A stretch of 64,000 nt of DNA. Source: an uncultured Desulfobacter sp. GTDB lineage: Bacteria > Desulfobacterota > Desulfobacteria > Desulfobacterales > Desulfobacteraceae. The DNA lies in contig OY762069.1 of NCBI GenBank assembly GCA_963665095.1, forward strand, positions 3,168,001-3,232,000, given 5' to 3'. Under the pieces are notes generated by a model that was not told the origin of the DNA, searched no databases, and saw only the letters and a list, made by a program, of their open reading frames with translations. The position numbers and the translations under genes are program-made. Each line of letters opens with the position of its first letter. Positions within the stretch are counted from its first letter, which is position 1. Below, piece after piece: positions 22,719 through 33,199 of this stretch.

Positions 22719-23948
22719 ATGCCGGATGCGTTAAAAAAACCTGAACTTCTGGCACCTGCCGGAAATTTTGAAAAGCTTGAAATTGCAGTTCATTATGGGG
22801 CAGATGCTGTTTACCTGGCCGGAAAGGATTTCAGTTTAAGGAGTCTTTCAGGCAATTTCACTGACCGCGAATTAGAGCAGGCTATACATTATGCCCGGAA
22901 ACATAGTGTAAAAGTCTATCTTGCCTGTAATATCTACTCCCGGAATGATGAACAGGGAGATATTGAAACATTTCTGGAAAACGTCGGAAAAATTAATCCC
23001 CATGCCGTTATAATATCTGATCCTGGCATCATTATGAAAGCCAGACAGATTATCCCTCAAATAGATATTCATTTGAGTACCCAGGCCAATACCACAAATT
23101 ACAATGCAGTTGAATTTTGGGCACAGTCAGGTGTAAAACGAGTCAACCTGGCCAGGGAACTCTCCCTAGAAGAGATTAAAACCATAACATCCTGCACCCA
23201 TATTGAGACTGAAACTTTTGTTCACGGAGCCATGTGTATTTCCTATTCAGGCAGGTGCCTGCTGAGCAATTTTTTAAGTGGCAGGGACAGCAATCGAGGC
23301 CTGTGCAGCCATCCATGCCGGTGGAAATATGCCGTTGTTGAAGAATTCAGGCCAAATGATTTTTTACCCGTCAGCGAAGACAGTCGCGGCACTTACATTT
23401 TCAACTCAAAAGACATGTGCCTGATTGATCATATTCCCGAATTGATACGTGCAGGAATATCTTCTTTAAAAATAGAGGGAAGGATGAAAGGCATCAACTA
23501 TCTCGGGTCCGTGGTCAAAACATACCGCTGCGCCATTGACTCTTTCATGGCAAATCCAGAAAAATATATAGTTCGACCGGAATGGCACTCGGAACTTTAT
23601 CAGGTTTACCACAGACCCTATTGCACAGGATTTTATTTTGACCACCCGGATGACGTGTCTAAAAATTCGCTTAACAGTCATAATGAACATGAAGGTAAAA
23701 TTCATAGTTTTATCGGTAAAATCATTGAGCGTAGAAGCGAAACCCTGTATTTGATTGAAATCAGAAATAAAATGATACCGGGAGATCAAATAGAGATACT
23801 AAGCCCAAAAGGCTCTGCGCAAAAAGCATTCGTCGCCTCTCTGACGAATGAAAACGGTGAAGTTATTGATAATGCGAAACCCAATACCCGCGTTGTTGCA
23901 AACATTCCCCTAACCGTTTACCCCAACGATATCGTACGCAAAATATAG
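22719..23948 (+). CDS. Peptidase U32 family protein (TrhP/YegQ-like tRNA hydroxylation protein)
   Basis: PELLAPAG, HGAMCISYSGRC, NRGLCSHPCR, SLKIEGRMK. Confidence 0.92.
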   Translation: MPDALKKPELLAPAGNFEKLEIAVHYGADAVYLAGKDFSLRSLSGNFTDRELEQAIHYARKHSVKVYLACNIYSRNDEQGDIETFLENVGKINPHAVIISDPGIIMKARQIIPQIDIHLSTQANTTNYNAVEFWAQSGVKRVNLARELSLEEIKTITSCTHIETETFVHGAMCISYSGRCLLSNFLSGRDSNRGLCSHPCRWKYAVVEEFRPNDFLPVSEDSRGTYIFNSKDMCLIDHIPELIRAGISSLKIEGRMKGINYLGSVVKTYRCAIDSFMANPEKYIVRPEWHSELYQVYHRPYCTGFYFDHPDDVSKNSLNSHNEHEGKIHSFIGKIIERRSETLYLIEIRNKMIPGDQIEILSPKGSAQKAFVASLTNENGEVIDNAKPNTRVVANIPLTVYPNDIVRKI

Positions 23949-23970
23949 ATAAATTTTAGGCATCTTTAAT

Positions 23971-23999
23971 TTGACATTAGGTAATATCTTCTGTAGATT
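23971..23999 (+). promoter_or_regulatory. Sigma70-type promoter of the che cluster
   Basis: TTGACA-17 nt-TAGATT, 53 nt before cheA. Confidence 0.6.
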
Positions 24000-24052
24000 A
24001 TTTAGCATCAAAGGTATAATTCATCCCATGACATTCTTTCAGGAGCGTTAAT

Positions 24053-27000
24053 ATGTTTGAAGACGACGAAACCCTACAGATGTATATTGAAGAATCTTTG
24101 GACCATCTGGCAGACATTGAAAGTGATTTATTGACGATCGAAGAGGGCGGTGCAAACATCGACCTTGACCTAGTCAATAATGTTTTCAGAGCTGCCCACT
24201 CCGTCAAGGGAGGGGCCGGATTCATGGGGCTGACGACCATCAAGGATCTGGCGCACCATCTGGAAAACGTACTGGGAATGATCCGAAATAATGAATTAAT
24301 TCCGGATTCAGGAAAAATCAGCATATTGCTTAAAGGTTTTGACGAACTTGAAAACCTATTGAACAATATTCAAACCAGCAATGAAGTGGATATTTCCGCC
24401 CATGTGCAGGCTCTGGAGAACATTACCACTGCAGGGGCTGCAGCGGCACCAGCCCTGGATACGACGTCACAGCTGCAGGAATCAGCCCAGGCCATAGCCA
24501 TGGCAGACATCACCCTTGAAGACGGAAGAAAATTTCAGCAGGTTCCGGTACATGAGCTTGATACCTGCAAGGCAGAAGGAAAAAACCTGTTTCTTGTTGA
24601 GTACGATCTGATTGGCGATCTTCACGAACAATCCAAAAAGCCGCAGGATGTTTTAACCAATCTAACCAAAACCGGCACCATTATAGAAACAAGAACAGAT
24701 ACGACCAGTGCAGGCACCCTGGATGACTCAGGTATGCCAAAGGATTTTCCGTTTCAGGTGCTTTTCGCCTCCATCATTGAGCATGACATGGCAGAGACGC
24801 TGTTTGGCGTCTCCAACCGGTTTATCCATGTAATTACAGATGAAATGATCTCCCCTGCCACAGAACCCTTAGCTGAATATCCACCACCTCTGCCCAAGGC
24901 AAAAGTAGTGGAAGCGGCAGCGGAACAGCCCGTGGCCCAACCGGCAGCTGTAGTTGTGCAGCCGGCGCCTCAAGTTCAGACGGCAACTGTGGCAGCCCCA
25001 AAGGTTCAACCTGCTGCCAAGGAAACACTGGAAACCAAGGCGCAAGACAAGGATATCGCTCTTGGAAGCAAGCCCCAGACATCTTTACGGGTTAATGTTG
25101 GGCTGCTTGATACCCTGATGAATCTGGCCGGCGAGCTGGTTTTAAGCCGAAACCAGCTTCTCCAGGGCATCAACTCTTCCAACGTAAAAGCCACAGAGCT
25201 GTCCAGTCAGCGAATTGACATGATCACGTCCGAACTCCAGGAAGCAATCATGCGTACCCGGATGCAGCCCATTGCAAATATTTTAAATAAGTTCACCCGG
25301 GTGGTCCGCGATTTATCACAGCAGCTTGGCAAATCAATAGAGCTGGAAATTGAAGGTAAAGATGTCGAACTGGACAAGACCATTCTTGAGTCCATTAACG
25401 ATCCTTTAACCCATCTTGTCAGGAACTCCGTTGACCACGGCATTGAAACACCTATGGAAAGAGAGCAGATGGGCAAAAAAGGAACAGGAACCATTGTTCT
25501 TAAAGCGTTCCATGATGCCGGTCAGGTCAATATCATGATCTCAGATGATGGCCGTGGTCTGGATCCAACCAAAATTGCCGCGTCAGCCATCGGAAAGGGC
25601 CTGATCTCCGAGGCCCGGGCTGAAGAGATGACTGACAAGCAGAAAATGGAACTTATTTTTCTGCCTGGTTTTTCCACTGCCGCAGAAATTACGGATGTGT
25701 CCGGCCGTGGGGTGGGCATGGATGTGGTAGTAACCAATATTGAGGCATTGGGCGGTATTATTGAACTGGATTCCACTCCAGGAGAAGGCACGGATATTCA
25801 AATTAAGCTGCCCTTAACCCTGGCAATTATTCCAAGCCAGATTACCTCTGTGGGCAATGAACGCTATGCAGTCCCCCAGGTCAACCTTAACGAGCTGCTC
25901 AGGATTCCAGCCAGCCAGATTAAAGAAAAAATTGAAAAAGTCGGTGACGCTGATGTTGTCAGACTCAGAGGCGAGCTGCTTCCCCTTCTGAACCTGGCGG
26001 ATATGCTTGGTATCCAAAGGACGTTTATCGATCCTAAAACCGGTGCTATAAAGGAAGACCGAAGGGTTAACATGGCTGACCGACGGTCAAAGGTCCACCA
26101 AACAGCTGAAGAAGCACAATATGCCGAACTTACTGAGGAAGAAACTATTCAAAGAGAAAAGCAGGACCGGCGCTATCGCTCATCATCAGCCATTAACATT
26201 GCGGTGGTTTCAGCAGGCGCCTTTAAATATGGTCTTGTTGTGGATCAGCTCCATGATTCTGAAGAGATCGTTGTTAAACCAGTGGGACGCCATCTGAAAA
26301 AATGCACTGCCTATGCCGGGGCCACGATTATGGGCGACGGCAAGGTGGCACTCATTCTTGATATTTCAAATCTCGCTCAAATGGCAGAACTGTCTGCCGT
26401 TGCCGAAGCTACTCAGAATGCCCGGGCAGCAGAGGAAGAAGATGAAGCCAATGCAGATAAAGTTGCCCTGCTGACATTCAAAAATGGTGCAAATGAACAC
26501 TTTGCAGCGGCTTTGAGTATTGTAGAACGGATTGAACGAATCCGGACCTCTGACATTGAACAGATCGGTGGTCGCAAGGTTGTTCAGTATCGTGGCGGTT
26601 CCCTTCCCCTTTACGAATTATCCCAGGTGGCACAGGTGGACCAGTTGCCGCAGCGCGATCAGCAGGAAGTTATTGTCTTTAAAGTCAAAGACAGGGAGCT
26701 TGGACTTATGGTCACGCCACCTGTGGATGCACTGGAAGTAGTGCTTAATATTGACAGCACCACGCTTAAGCAGCCTGCCGTCAGTGGCTCTATGATTATC
26801 AATGAACACACCACCCTTCTGATTGATATTTTTGAGATGGTCAAAATATTAAATCCGGATTGGTTTGATGCAGAAGCCAAGGCAGCTGCCAGCATGGCCG
26901 AAGACGGCGGAAAAATTATCCTGTTTGCAGAAGATTCTGCCTTTTTCAGGAATCAGGTCAAACAATTTATGGAAGAGGACGGGTTTAACGTCATTGAAGC

Positions 27001-27277
27001 GGAAGACGGCTTAGTTGCCTGGGAACTGTTAAAGGAGCGCGTTGAAGAAATTGACCTGGTTGTCACGGATCTGGAAATGCCCAATATGGACGGATTTGAA
27101 TTCACAAAACGGATAAAAAGCGATCCCCAGTACTCTCATCTCTCAGTTATTGCCCTGACATCCCTGGCCAGTGAAGCGCATATTGAAAAGGGCCGGTCTG
27201 TGGGAATAGACGAATATGAGATCAAGCTTGACAGGGAGCGGTTGATGGCGGTTATCAGACAATATATGAATCTTTAA
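24053..27277 (+). CDS. cheA: Hybrid CheA (HPt, kinase, two CheW-like domains, C-terminal receiver)
   Basis: FRAAHSVKG, HLVRNSVDHG, GRGVGMDVV; receiver FAEDS...TDLEMP. Confidence 0.96.
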   Translation: MFEDDETLQMYIEESLDHLADIESDLLTIEEGGANIDLDLVNNVFRAAHSVKGGAGFMGLTTIKDLAHHLENVLGMIRNNELIPDSGKISILLKGFDELENLLNNIQTSNEVDISAHVQALENITTAGAAAAPALDTTSQLQESAQAIAMADITLEDGRKFQQVPVHELDTCKAEGKNLFLVEYDLIGDLHEQSKKPQDVLTNLTKTGTIIETRTDTTSAGTLDDSGMPKDFPFQVLFASIIEHDMAETLFGVSNRFIHVITDEMISPATEPLAEYPPPLPKAKVVEAAAEQPVAQPAAVVVQPAPQVQTATVAAPKVQPAAKETLETKAQDKDIALGSKPQTSLRVNVGLLDTLMNLAGELVLSRNQLLQGINSSNVKATELSSQRIDMITSELQEAIMRTRMQPIANILNKFTRVVRDLSQQLGKSIELEIEGKDVELDKTILESINDPLTHLVRNSVDHGIETPMEREQMGKKGTGTIVLKAFHDAGQVNIMISDDGRGLDPTKIAASAIGKGLISEARAEEMTDKQKMELIFLPGFSTAAEITDVSGRGVGMDVVVTNIEALGGIIELDSTPGEGTDIQIKLPLTLAIIPSQITSVGNERYAVPQVNLNELLRIPASQIKEKIEKVGDADVVRLRGELLPLLNLADMLGIQRTFIDPKTGAIKEDRRVNMADRRSKVHQTAEEAQYAELTEEETIQREKQDRRYRSSSAINIAVVSAGAFKYGLVVDQLHDSEEIVVKPVGRHLKKCTAYAGATIMGDGKVALILDISNLAQMAELSAVAEATQNARAAEEEDEANADKVALLTFKNGANEHFAAALSIVERIERIRTSDIEQIGGRKVVQYRGGSLPLYELSQVAQVDQLPQRDQQEVIVFKVKDRELGLMVTPPVDALEVVLNIDSTTLKQPAVSGSMIINEHTTLLIDIFEMVKILNPDWFDAEAKAAASMAEDGGKIILFAEDSAFFRNQVKQFMEEDGFNVIEAEDGLVAWELLKERVEEIDLVVTDLEMPNMDGFEFTKRIKSDPQYSHLSVIALTSLASEAHIEKGRSVGIDEYEIKLDRERLMAVIRQYMNL

Positions 27278-27316
27278 TCTGTCCAGGAAAAGATAAGACC
27301 TGTTAAGGAGACTGAC

Positions 27317-27766
27317 ATGAAAAAAAAGACCAAAGAGACCACATCCACGGATCTTGAATTTTCCACCTTTTATGTGGGTGGAGCCATTTGCGGGATAAAC
27401 ATATTAAACATCCAGGAAATCAACAAACATTTTGAAATCACACAAGTACCCCAGTCTTCGGATTACGTTAAAGGTATTTTGAATCTGAGGGGCAGAATTG
27501 TAACGATCATTGATCTTGGCAAAAAACTGGGGCTTGCGCCGGTCTCATCCAGTAAAGACAATAGGAACATTATCGTCAACTCAGAGGATGAACATATCGG
27601 TCTTCTGGTAGATGCCATATCTGATGTGGTCATCACCCAAAAAGAAGATATTGAACCGGCTCCTGCCAATATAGGCGGCGTAAAAGGAAAATTTTTTCAA
27701 GGTGTACTAAAAACCAAGGATAAGCTGATTGGCCTGCTTGATATTGATGAGGTGCTCAAAGAATAA
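27317..27766 (+). CDS. cheW: Chemotaxis coupling protein CheW
   Basis: GILNLRGRIVTIIDL, GLLVDAI. Confidence 0.95.
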   Translation: MKKKTKETTSTDLEFSTFYVGGAICGINILNIQEINKHFEITQVPQSSDYVKGILNLRGRIVTIIDLGKKLGLAPVSSSKDNRNIIVNSEDEHIGLLVDAISDVVITQKEDIEPAPANIGGVKGKFFQGVLKTKDKLIGLLDIDEVLKE

Positions 27767-28866
27767 TGAACACCATTAAAGCGCTGGTAGTTGATGATAC
27801 TATTGTTTATAGGAAAATTGTGAGTGATGTTCTCAATGGAATGCCCGGCATTGAAGTTGTAGGAACAGCCAATAACGGAAAAATTGCTCTATCAAAAATC
27901 AGAACTCTAAAGCCAGACTTGGTCAGCCTGGACATTGAAATGCCAGAAATGAACGGTATTGAAGTGCTTCAGGAATTGAAGAACATGGAAAATCCGCCGC
28001 TGGTGATCATGGTATCTACCCTGACCCAGCAGGGTGGAGAGATGACCATTAAAGCTTTGGAACTTGGAGCATTTGACTTTCTTCCAAAGCCTGAAGAAGG
28101 CAGAATGGCTGACAATATGCTCAAAGTTAAAAAAGCCCTTGATCCCATTGTCCTGCATGTCAAACGCCACAGATTGGGTATGACCAGTCCTTCAAAGCTG
28201 ACGAGGACGGTCGCGCCACCTGCCTCAAAATTAAAAAGCACTGAAATGCAGCCCTTTGTCCGGACTGCCCCGAAACCGGCCGGAATCAAAACCAGATCTG
28301 AAATCATTGGGATCGGCATTTCTACAGGCGGCCCGAATGCATTGACTACAATGATTCCCATGCTGCCTAAAAATTTAAAAGCACCGGTACTAATAGTTCA
28401 GCATATGCCGCCCATTTTTACCGCATCCCTTGCAGCCAGTTTGGATAAAAAATCGGCTCTTGAGGTCAGAGAAGCCAAAGATGGAGATACCATTGAACCA
28501 GGAAAAGTGCTCATCGCCCCAGGTGGAAAACAGATGAAAATTGTTGCCGGAGCTGACGGTCTGACCAGAAAAATAAAAATTACTGACGACCCACCTGAAA
28601 ATTCATGCAAGCCGTCAGCAGACTATCTGTTTCGCTCCATTGCCCAGCATTATGTCGGCAGATCCACAGGTGTTATTATGACCGGTATGGGTTCTGATGG
28701 ATCCAAGGGGCTTGTCCAGATGAAAAAAAACGGCAGTTTTATTATTGCGCAGGATGAAAAAACATGCACGGTCTTTGGTATGCCCAAAGAACCAATAGAA
28801 TCCGGAATCGTTGATGTGATAGCCCCTTTGGAGAAAATTGCAGATGAAATCGTTAAAACCGTTTAA
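27766..28866 (+). CDS. cheB: Chemotaxis methylesterase CheB (receiver plus methylesterase)
   Basis: GISTGGP, VQHMP, MTGMGSDG. Confidence 0.96.
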   Translation: MNTIKALVVDDTIVYRKIVSDVLNGMPGIEVVGTANNGKIALSKIRTLKPDLVSLDIEMPEMNGIEVLQELKNMENPPLVIMVSTLTQQGGEMTIKALELGAFDFLPKPEEGRMADNMLKVKKALDPIVLHVKRHRLGMTSPSKLTRTVAPPASKLKSTEMQPFVRTAPKPAGIKTRSEIIGIGISTGGPNALTTMIPMLPKNLKAPVLIVQHMPPIFTASLAASLDKKSALEVREAKDGDTIEPGKVLIAPGGKQMKIVAGADGLTRKIKITDDPPENSCKPSADYLFRSIAQHYVGRSTGVIMTGMGSDGSKGLVQMKKNGSFIIAQDEKTCTVFGMPKEPIESGIVDVIAPLEKIADEIVKTV

Positions 28867-28899
28867 CCTGGAACTAAACGCTTCACCAAGACAACACTT

Positions 28900-29742
28900 A
28901 TGAATAAAATCAGAGTTACTCCGGAAGAATTTAGAACATTTGCTAAATATATTTTGGAGATATCAGGAATTGCACTGGATGTGGGAAAGGAATACCTTCT
29001 GGAAACCCGCCTTCACCCTTTGCTCTCAAAATATGAGTGCAATTCTTATATGGATTTGCTCAATAAATCCAAGCGCAGTTTTAATAAGGATCTGGAAAGT
29101 GAAATTATTGATGCCATTTCCACCAATGAGACCTATTTTTTCAGAGACAAATCACCTTTTAAACTGCTGCAGCACAAAATACTTCCTGACCTGATAGACA
29201 GGCGGTCCAAAAAAAGTTTCGGCAAACCCACCATACGGTTATGGAGTGCAGCGAACTCAACTGGGCAGGAGATATATAGCCTTGCCATGACCCTGCTTGA
29301 AATGGGCATCAATCTGGGAAAATACAACATCCGCATGCTTGGTACGGATATCTCAGATGCAGCCATTGCCAAGGCAAGCTACGGGGAATACAACAAATTT
29401 GAAGTGGCACGGGGACTTGATCCAAACCGCCTGAATAAATACTTTTTACCCAAAGGGGACAAATACAAGATTAAAGATGAACTTCGGGCCATGGTCCAGT
29501 TCAAAAAAATGAACCTGATGAAACCGTTTATGGGTATCGGCAAATTCGATATTGTACTTTGCCGGAACGTAATGATTTATTTCACCAGTGAAGACCGCCG
29601 AAAAATTTATTCGAACATAGCAAAAGTATTGGAACCTGACGGCTATCTATTAATCGGATCAACAGAATCTTTGGTAAATGATACAGATCTTTTTGCATCC
29701 CAAAGATACCTGAACTCTGTATTTTATCAGTTTAAAGCATAA
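28900..29742 (+). CDS. cheR: Chemotaxis methyltransferase CheR
   Basis: STNETYFFRD, WSAANSTGQE, CRNVMIYF. Confidence 0.96.
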   Translation: MNKIRVTPEEFRTFAKYILEISGIALDVGKEYLLETRLHPLLSKYECNSYMDLLNKSKRSFNKDLESEIIDAISTNETYFFRDKSPFKLLQHKILPDLIDRRSKKSFGKPTIRLWSAANSTGQEIYSLAMTLLEMGINLGKYNIRMLGTDISDAAIAKASYGEYNKFEVARGLDPNRLNKYFLPKGDKYKIKDELRAMVQFKKMNLMKPFMGIGKFDIVLCRNVMIYFTSEDRRKIYSNIAKVLEPDGYLLIGSTESLVNDTDLFASQRYLNSVFYQFKA

Positions 29743-29754
29743 CGGAGTATATTC

Positions 29755-31428
29755 ATGGGCAGTATTAATGCTAAAGACTTTATAAATGAACTGGTTTTCT
29801 GCCTGAATGAAAAAGATGTGGTTAAAGCAAAAGCATTGCTCCAGTTTGCATCGGATTCCAATGTGGATGCCCAAGTGCAGAAACTTGCCCTGGCAGAACT
29901 GGCAAAAGGGCCTGAAAAGGTTGTTTTCCCGCTACTTGAATACCTTACCAAAATTGATATTTCCAACAAAGAGATCCAGGAAGGGCTTTACGACCTGATT
30001 CTGGATAAAGCCTACGGCAATACAAGCCTGGTTATCGAATATATTTTAAACAATGAAAAAAAGACCCGGATTCAATTTATTCGTGCTGCCGGAGATCTGT
30101 TTCTCGAAGATACCATTCCCGCATTAGTCCGGGTGATCCAGAACGAAACCGATATAGAAATCCTGATACCAGCCATTAATGCTTTAGGGGTATTCCGTAA
30201 ACCCGAACATATCGAACTATTTACTTCGTTCATTAAGCATCCGGACCAGACTGTCCTGAGGTCTGCCATTTTTGCCATCAGTGCCGTACCCAATCCCAAG
30301 GCGGCAGATACCCTGATGGGTTTTTTGTGTGAGGACGAAATCATTGATAAGCTGATAGTTCAGGCTCTGGCTGACAAGCAGGATCTTTATGACCTGGAGA
30401 AAATGACAGCGCTGCTGTCATCCCCTATCACCATTGTCAGGGATACCGCCATAGATGAACTGATCTCCATGGGCCAAAAAGCAACACCGCTGCTTACTCG
30501 GGCATTTCAGAATGCAGAAGCCGATTATATGGTGCACCTGATCACAACGCTTGGATATATCGCAGATCAGGCAGCTATTCAGCCTATTATGGATATCATT
30601 AATACGCAGCCCAAGGATGCCAACATCCGACAGGCAGCATATGAAGCCATGGAAAGAATACCATCTCCCCGTACAGCCATCTGCCTGGTTCAAGGCCTTC
30701 AGGATCCTGAAGAAGCAGTGCGTATGAGTGCTGCCAGGGCCATTGACAGTAATCTATCCAAGCCCCTGATTGCCGGACTAAAAAATATTGTCCGGGACAA
30801 ATCGCCAGATGCCCAAAAAACAGTTGCAGCCCTTATTGACACAGAAGCAACCAATATCTTTAGTTTTTTAATGGGTGAAGATTCATTTAAAGAACTGGCT
30901 TCAAATCATATTAAGGAAAAAGCTGCACCTGCAGTACGCAAGGCATTTGTAAAAACAATGGCATCCATCGGCCAGGCAGAATTTGCCAAAGACATTGCTG
31001 CCGGAGTCCAGGACAGCAAAGAGGAACAACCATCTGAAGTAAAAATTGTTGTGGTGGATGATTCCAAAATGATGCTCAAGCTTTACCAGAACAAATTATC
31101 TGCTTTAGGCTTTGAGTGTGAGACCTACGACCGTCCTGAAGATGCAATAAAAAGAATATTGTCAGGAGATACTGATCTGGTTATAACCGATCTGAACATG
31201 CCCAACATCAGTGGACTCGAACTTACTGTAGAGATCCGGCGAAAATTCACCCGGACTGATCTTCCCATTCTGATGATCACCACCCAGAGTGATTTTGTAG
31301 AAGAGAAGGGCGGTGATATTGATGTAAGTGAAGCCATACTTAAAAAATCAGGCATTAATATCATTTTACATAAACCTTTTTCCGAAAACGATTTCAAGGA
31401 TTCTGTCTTAAAACTGTTACCTACCTGA
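29755..31428 (+). CDS. HEAT-repeat protein with C-terminal receiver domain
   Basis: Repeated helical units such as VRMSAARAI; receiver VVDDS, TDLNMP, KPF. Confidence 0.85.
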   Translation: MGSINAKDFINELVFCLNEKDVVKAKALLQFASDSNVDAQVQKLALAELAKGPEKVVFPLLEYLTKIDISNKEIQEGLYDLILDKAYGNTSLVIEYILNNEKKTRIQFIRAAGDLFLEDTIPALVRVIQNETDIEILIPAINALGVFRKPEHIELFTSFIKHPDQTVLRSAIFAISAVPNPKAADTLMGFLCEDEIIDKLIVQALADKQDLYDLEKMTALLSSPITIVRDTAIDELISMGQKATPLLTRAFQNAEADYMVHLITTLGYIADQAAIQPIMDIINTQPKDANIRQAAYEAMERIPSPRTAICLVQGLQDPEEAVRMSAARAIDSNLSKPLIAGLKNIVRDKSPDAQKTVAALIDTEATNIFSFLMGEDSFKELASNHIKEKAAPAVRKAFVKTMASIGQAEFAKDIAAGVQDSKEEQPSEVKIVVVDDSKMMLKLYQNKLSALGFECETYDRPEDAIKRILSGDTDLVITDLNMPNISGLELTVEIRRKFTRTDLPILMITTQSDFVEEKGGDIDVSEAILKKSGINIILHKPFSENDFKDSVLKLLPT

Positions 31429-31651
31429 TGCAAAGCAGAATCTCTTTCCTACGAGGCTGCCATTTAACATTTTGATATACCCAGGGATTTAAACGTGGTA
31501 TATATCCACCCCGAACCAGGGGAGGAGATCATGCCCGGATCTTATAACCGGGAATTGGGAAACGGTAAGGTCCAGGCCATGATATTCGGAAACAAATATC
31601 CCATAAGTTAAAAACAAACAAATGTAGATGCTTCATAATAATGGAAATCTA

Positions 31652-32110
31652 ATGATACGAAAAGCCCTCATAGATGATGTTCACGCCATTCATGCCCTGC
31701 TTGGATATTATGCAAATAAAGGAGAGTTGCTAGGCAGACCTTTAAGCAACCTGTACGACCATCTTCGGGATTTTTGGGTACATGAAGATGAGGATTCTGG
31801 AAAGATAACCGGCTGTGCGGCCCTGGCTTTCTGCTGGGAGGATATCGCAGAAATCCGATCTGTAGCGGTACATGCAGACATTCAGGGTATCGGCATAGGG
31901 TCCGCTCTGACTGAACGGTGCATCCAGGAAGCTTTCTATTTCAAGATAAAAACCCTGTTCACACTGACCTACCGGCCCGATTTTTTCGCCCGGTTTGGGT
32001 TCAGGATTACGGATAAGGAAAACCTGCCCATGGTTAAAGTCTGGGCCGGATGCCTGGACTGTGTAAAATTTCCGGACTGCGACGAAATTGCCATGATCAA
32101 AACGCTGTAG
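31652..32110 (+). CDS. GNAT N-acetyltransferase (short ArgA-like amino-acid acetyltransferase)
   Basis: AEIRSVAV, QGIGIG, LFTLTY, C-terminal CxxC...CDE. Confidence 0.85.
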   Translation: MIRKALIDDVHAIHALLGYYANKGELLGRPLSNLYDHLRDFWVHEDEDSGKITGCAALAFCWEDIAEIRSVAVHADIQGIGIGSALTERCIQEAFYFKIKTLFTLTYRPDFFARFGFRITDKENLPMVKVWAGCLDCVKFPDCDEIAMIKTL

Positions 32111-32116
32111 CCGGTC

Positions 32117-33172
32117 CTAGGCATAAATCATTTTGCAGGGTATGGGTGCATGCCGCAACACTCCGGGTTTTGGCAGGATCTGCTCATCTGCCACGGTCAG
32201 CCAGTTGGTATCAGGATTCAGCTCTCTTAAACGCCCCCCCTCAGAAGGCATGGAGTGACTGGTATAATCATACCGGGTATTGAGGATACAGATATAATAC
32301 TTACCATGCCGAGCCACCACATAGTTGTTGGTAAAAGTACTCTGGGGAATTTCCGCCTGCTGGGACAGGGATCTGACCTGATCCACCACAAGTTTTACCA
32401 GAATTGATTTAGATACCCCGCTCTCATCAATACGCAACAGATTGCGCGATTCACTGGAAGAGACATAAACCGTAGTAATCGAGTCAAGCTGCCTGAAGTA
32501 CTGGGCAGCAACAATGGCGGCGGTTCTTCGTCCGCCAGCCATCACCGGCACCCCGTAATACTCAAATAGCTTTTTTTGCATATTTTCCGCATACTTATCT
32601 CCTTTTTCATAAAGATCTTTGGAGATATAACGCAAAGACTTGGCAAGGTCTTCAGATGCATCCGCAATGGGCCAGTCCACCCTGACATGAAAATGGGTCA
32701 GAGCGTACTGGGCTTTTGTACGTGAATTTTTCTGAACCAGGAGGGCATAATCCACGGGCAGCAGTGTTTTGAGAAACGAAAAAAAATCGTCTGTTTCAAA
32801 GTATTTCAAATTCCGGTTGTAATTTTCTACATCAGGAAAATGTTTGTGCCGTAAAAGATTGGTCTTTGTTGTTTTATTAACATCAAAATACCTGATATAC
32901 TTTTTATGTTTCTTATTGATGGAATCTTCACAAAAAATAATCAGAAAGGAATTCTGGGCTTCAAACTCCACAGAAGGTATCCTTGCCCTTGGTTTGAGTT
33001 CTCTTAGCTCCACAAATGGGTACGGGGTCCGAAGACGTAAGAAATTATTATAGGAGCCCACAAGGGAGTAATCCAGGACAAATTGATCCAGTTCATCTCT
33101 TAATACCTGATAATAGGACCGCCGCAACCGGTCCTCTCTGCTCAGTGCATGCCGTGATTTGCAGAATTTCAC
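32117..33172 (-). CDS. Hypothetical protein of unknown function
   Basis: 351-aa ORF directly downstream of pgk on the same strand. Confidence 0.8.
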   Translation of the reverse strand: MKFCKSRHALSREDRLRRSYYQVLRDELDQFVLDYSLVGSYNNFLRLRTPYPFVELRELKPRARIPSVEFEAQNSFLIIFCEDSINKKHKKYIRYFDVNKTTKTNLLRHKHFPDVENYNRNLKYFETDDFFSFLKTLLPVDYALLVQKNSRTKAQYALTHFHVRVDWPIADASEDLAKSLRYISKDLYEKGDKYAENMQKKLFEYYGVPVMAGGRRTAAIVAAQYFRQLDSITTVYVSSSESRNLLRIDESGVSKSILVKLVVDQVRSLSQQAEIPQSTFTNNYVVARHGKYYICILNTRYDYTSHSMPSEGGRLRELNPDTNWLTVADEQILPKPGVLRHAPIPCKMIYA

Positions 33173-33199
33173 CTGACGTCCTTTCTGGCTGGTTTTGAA

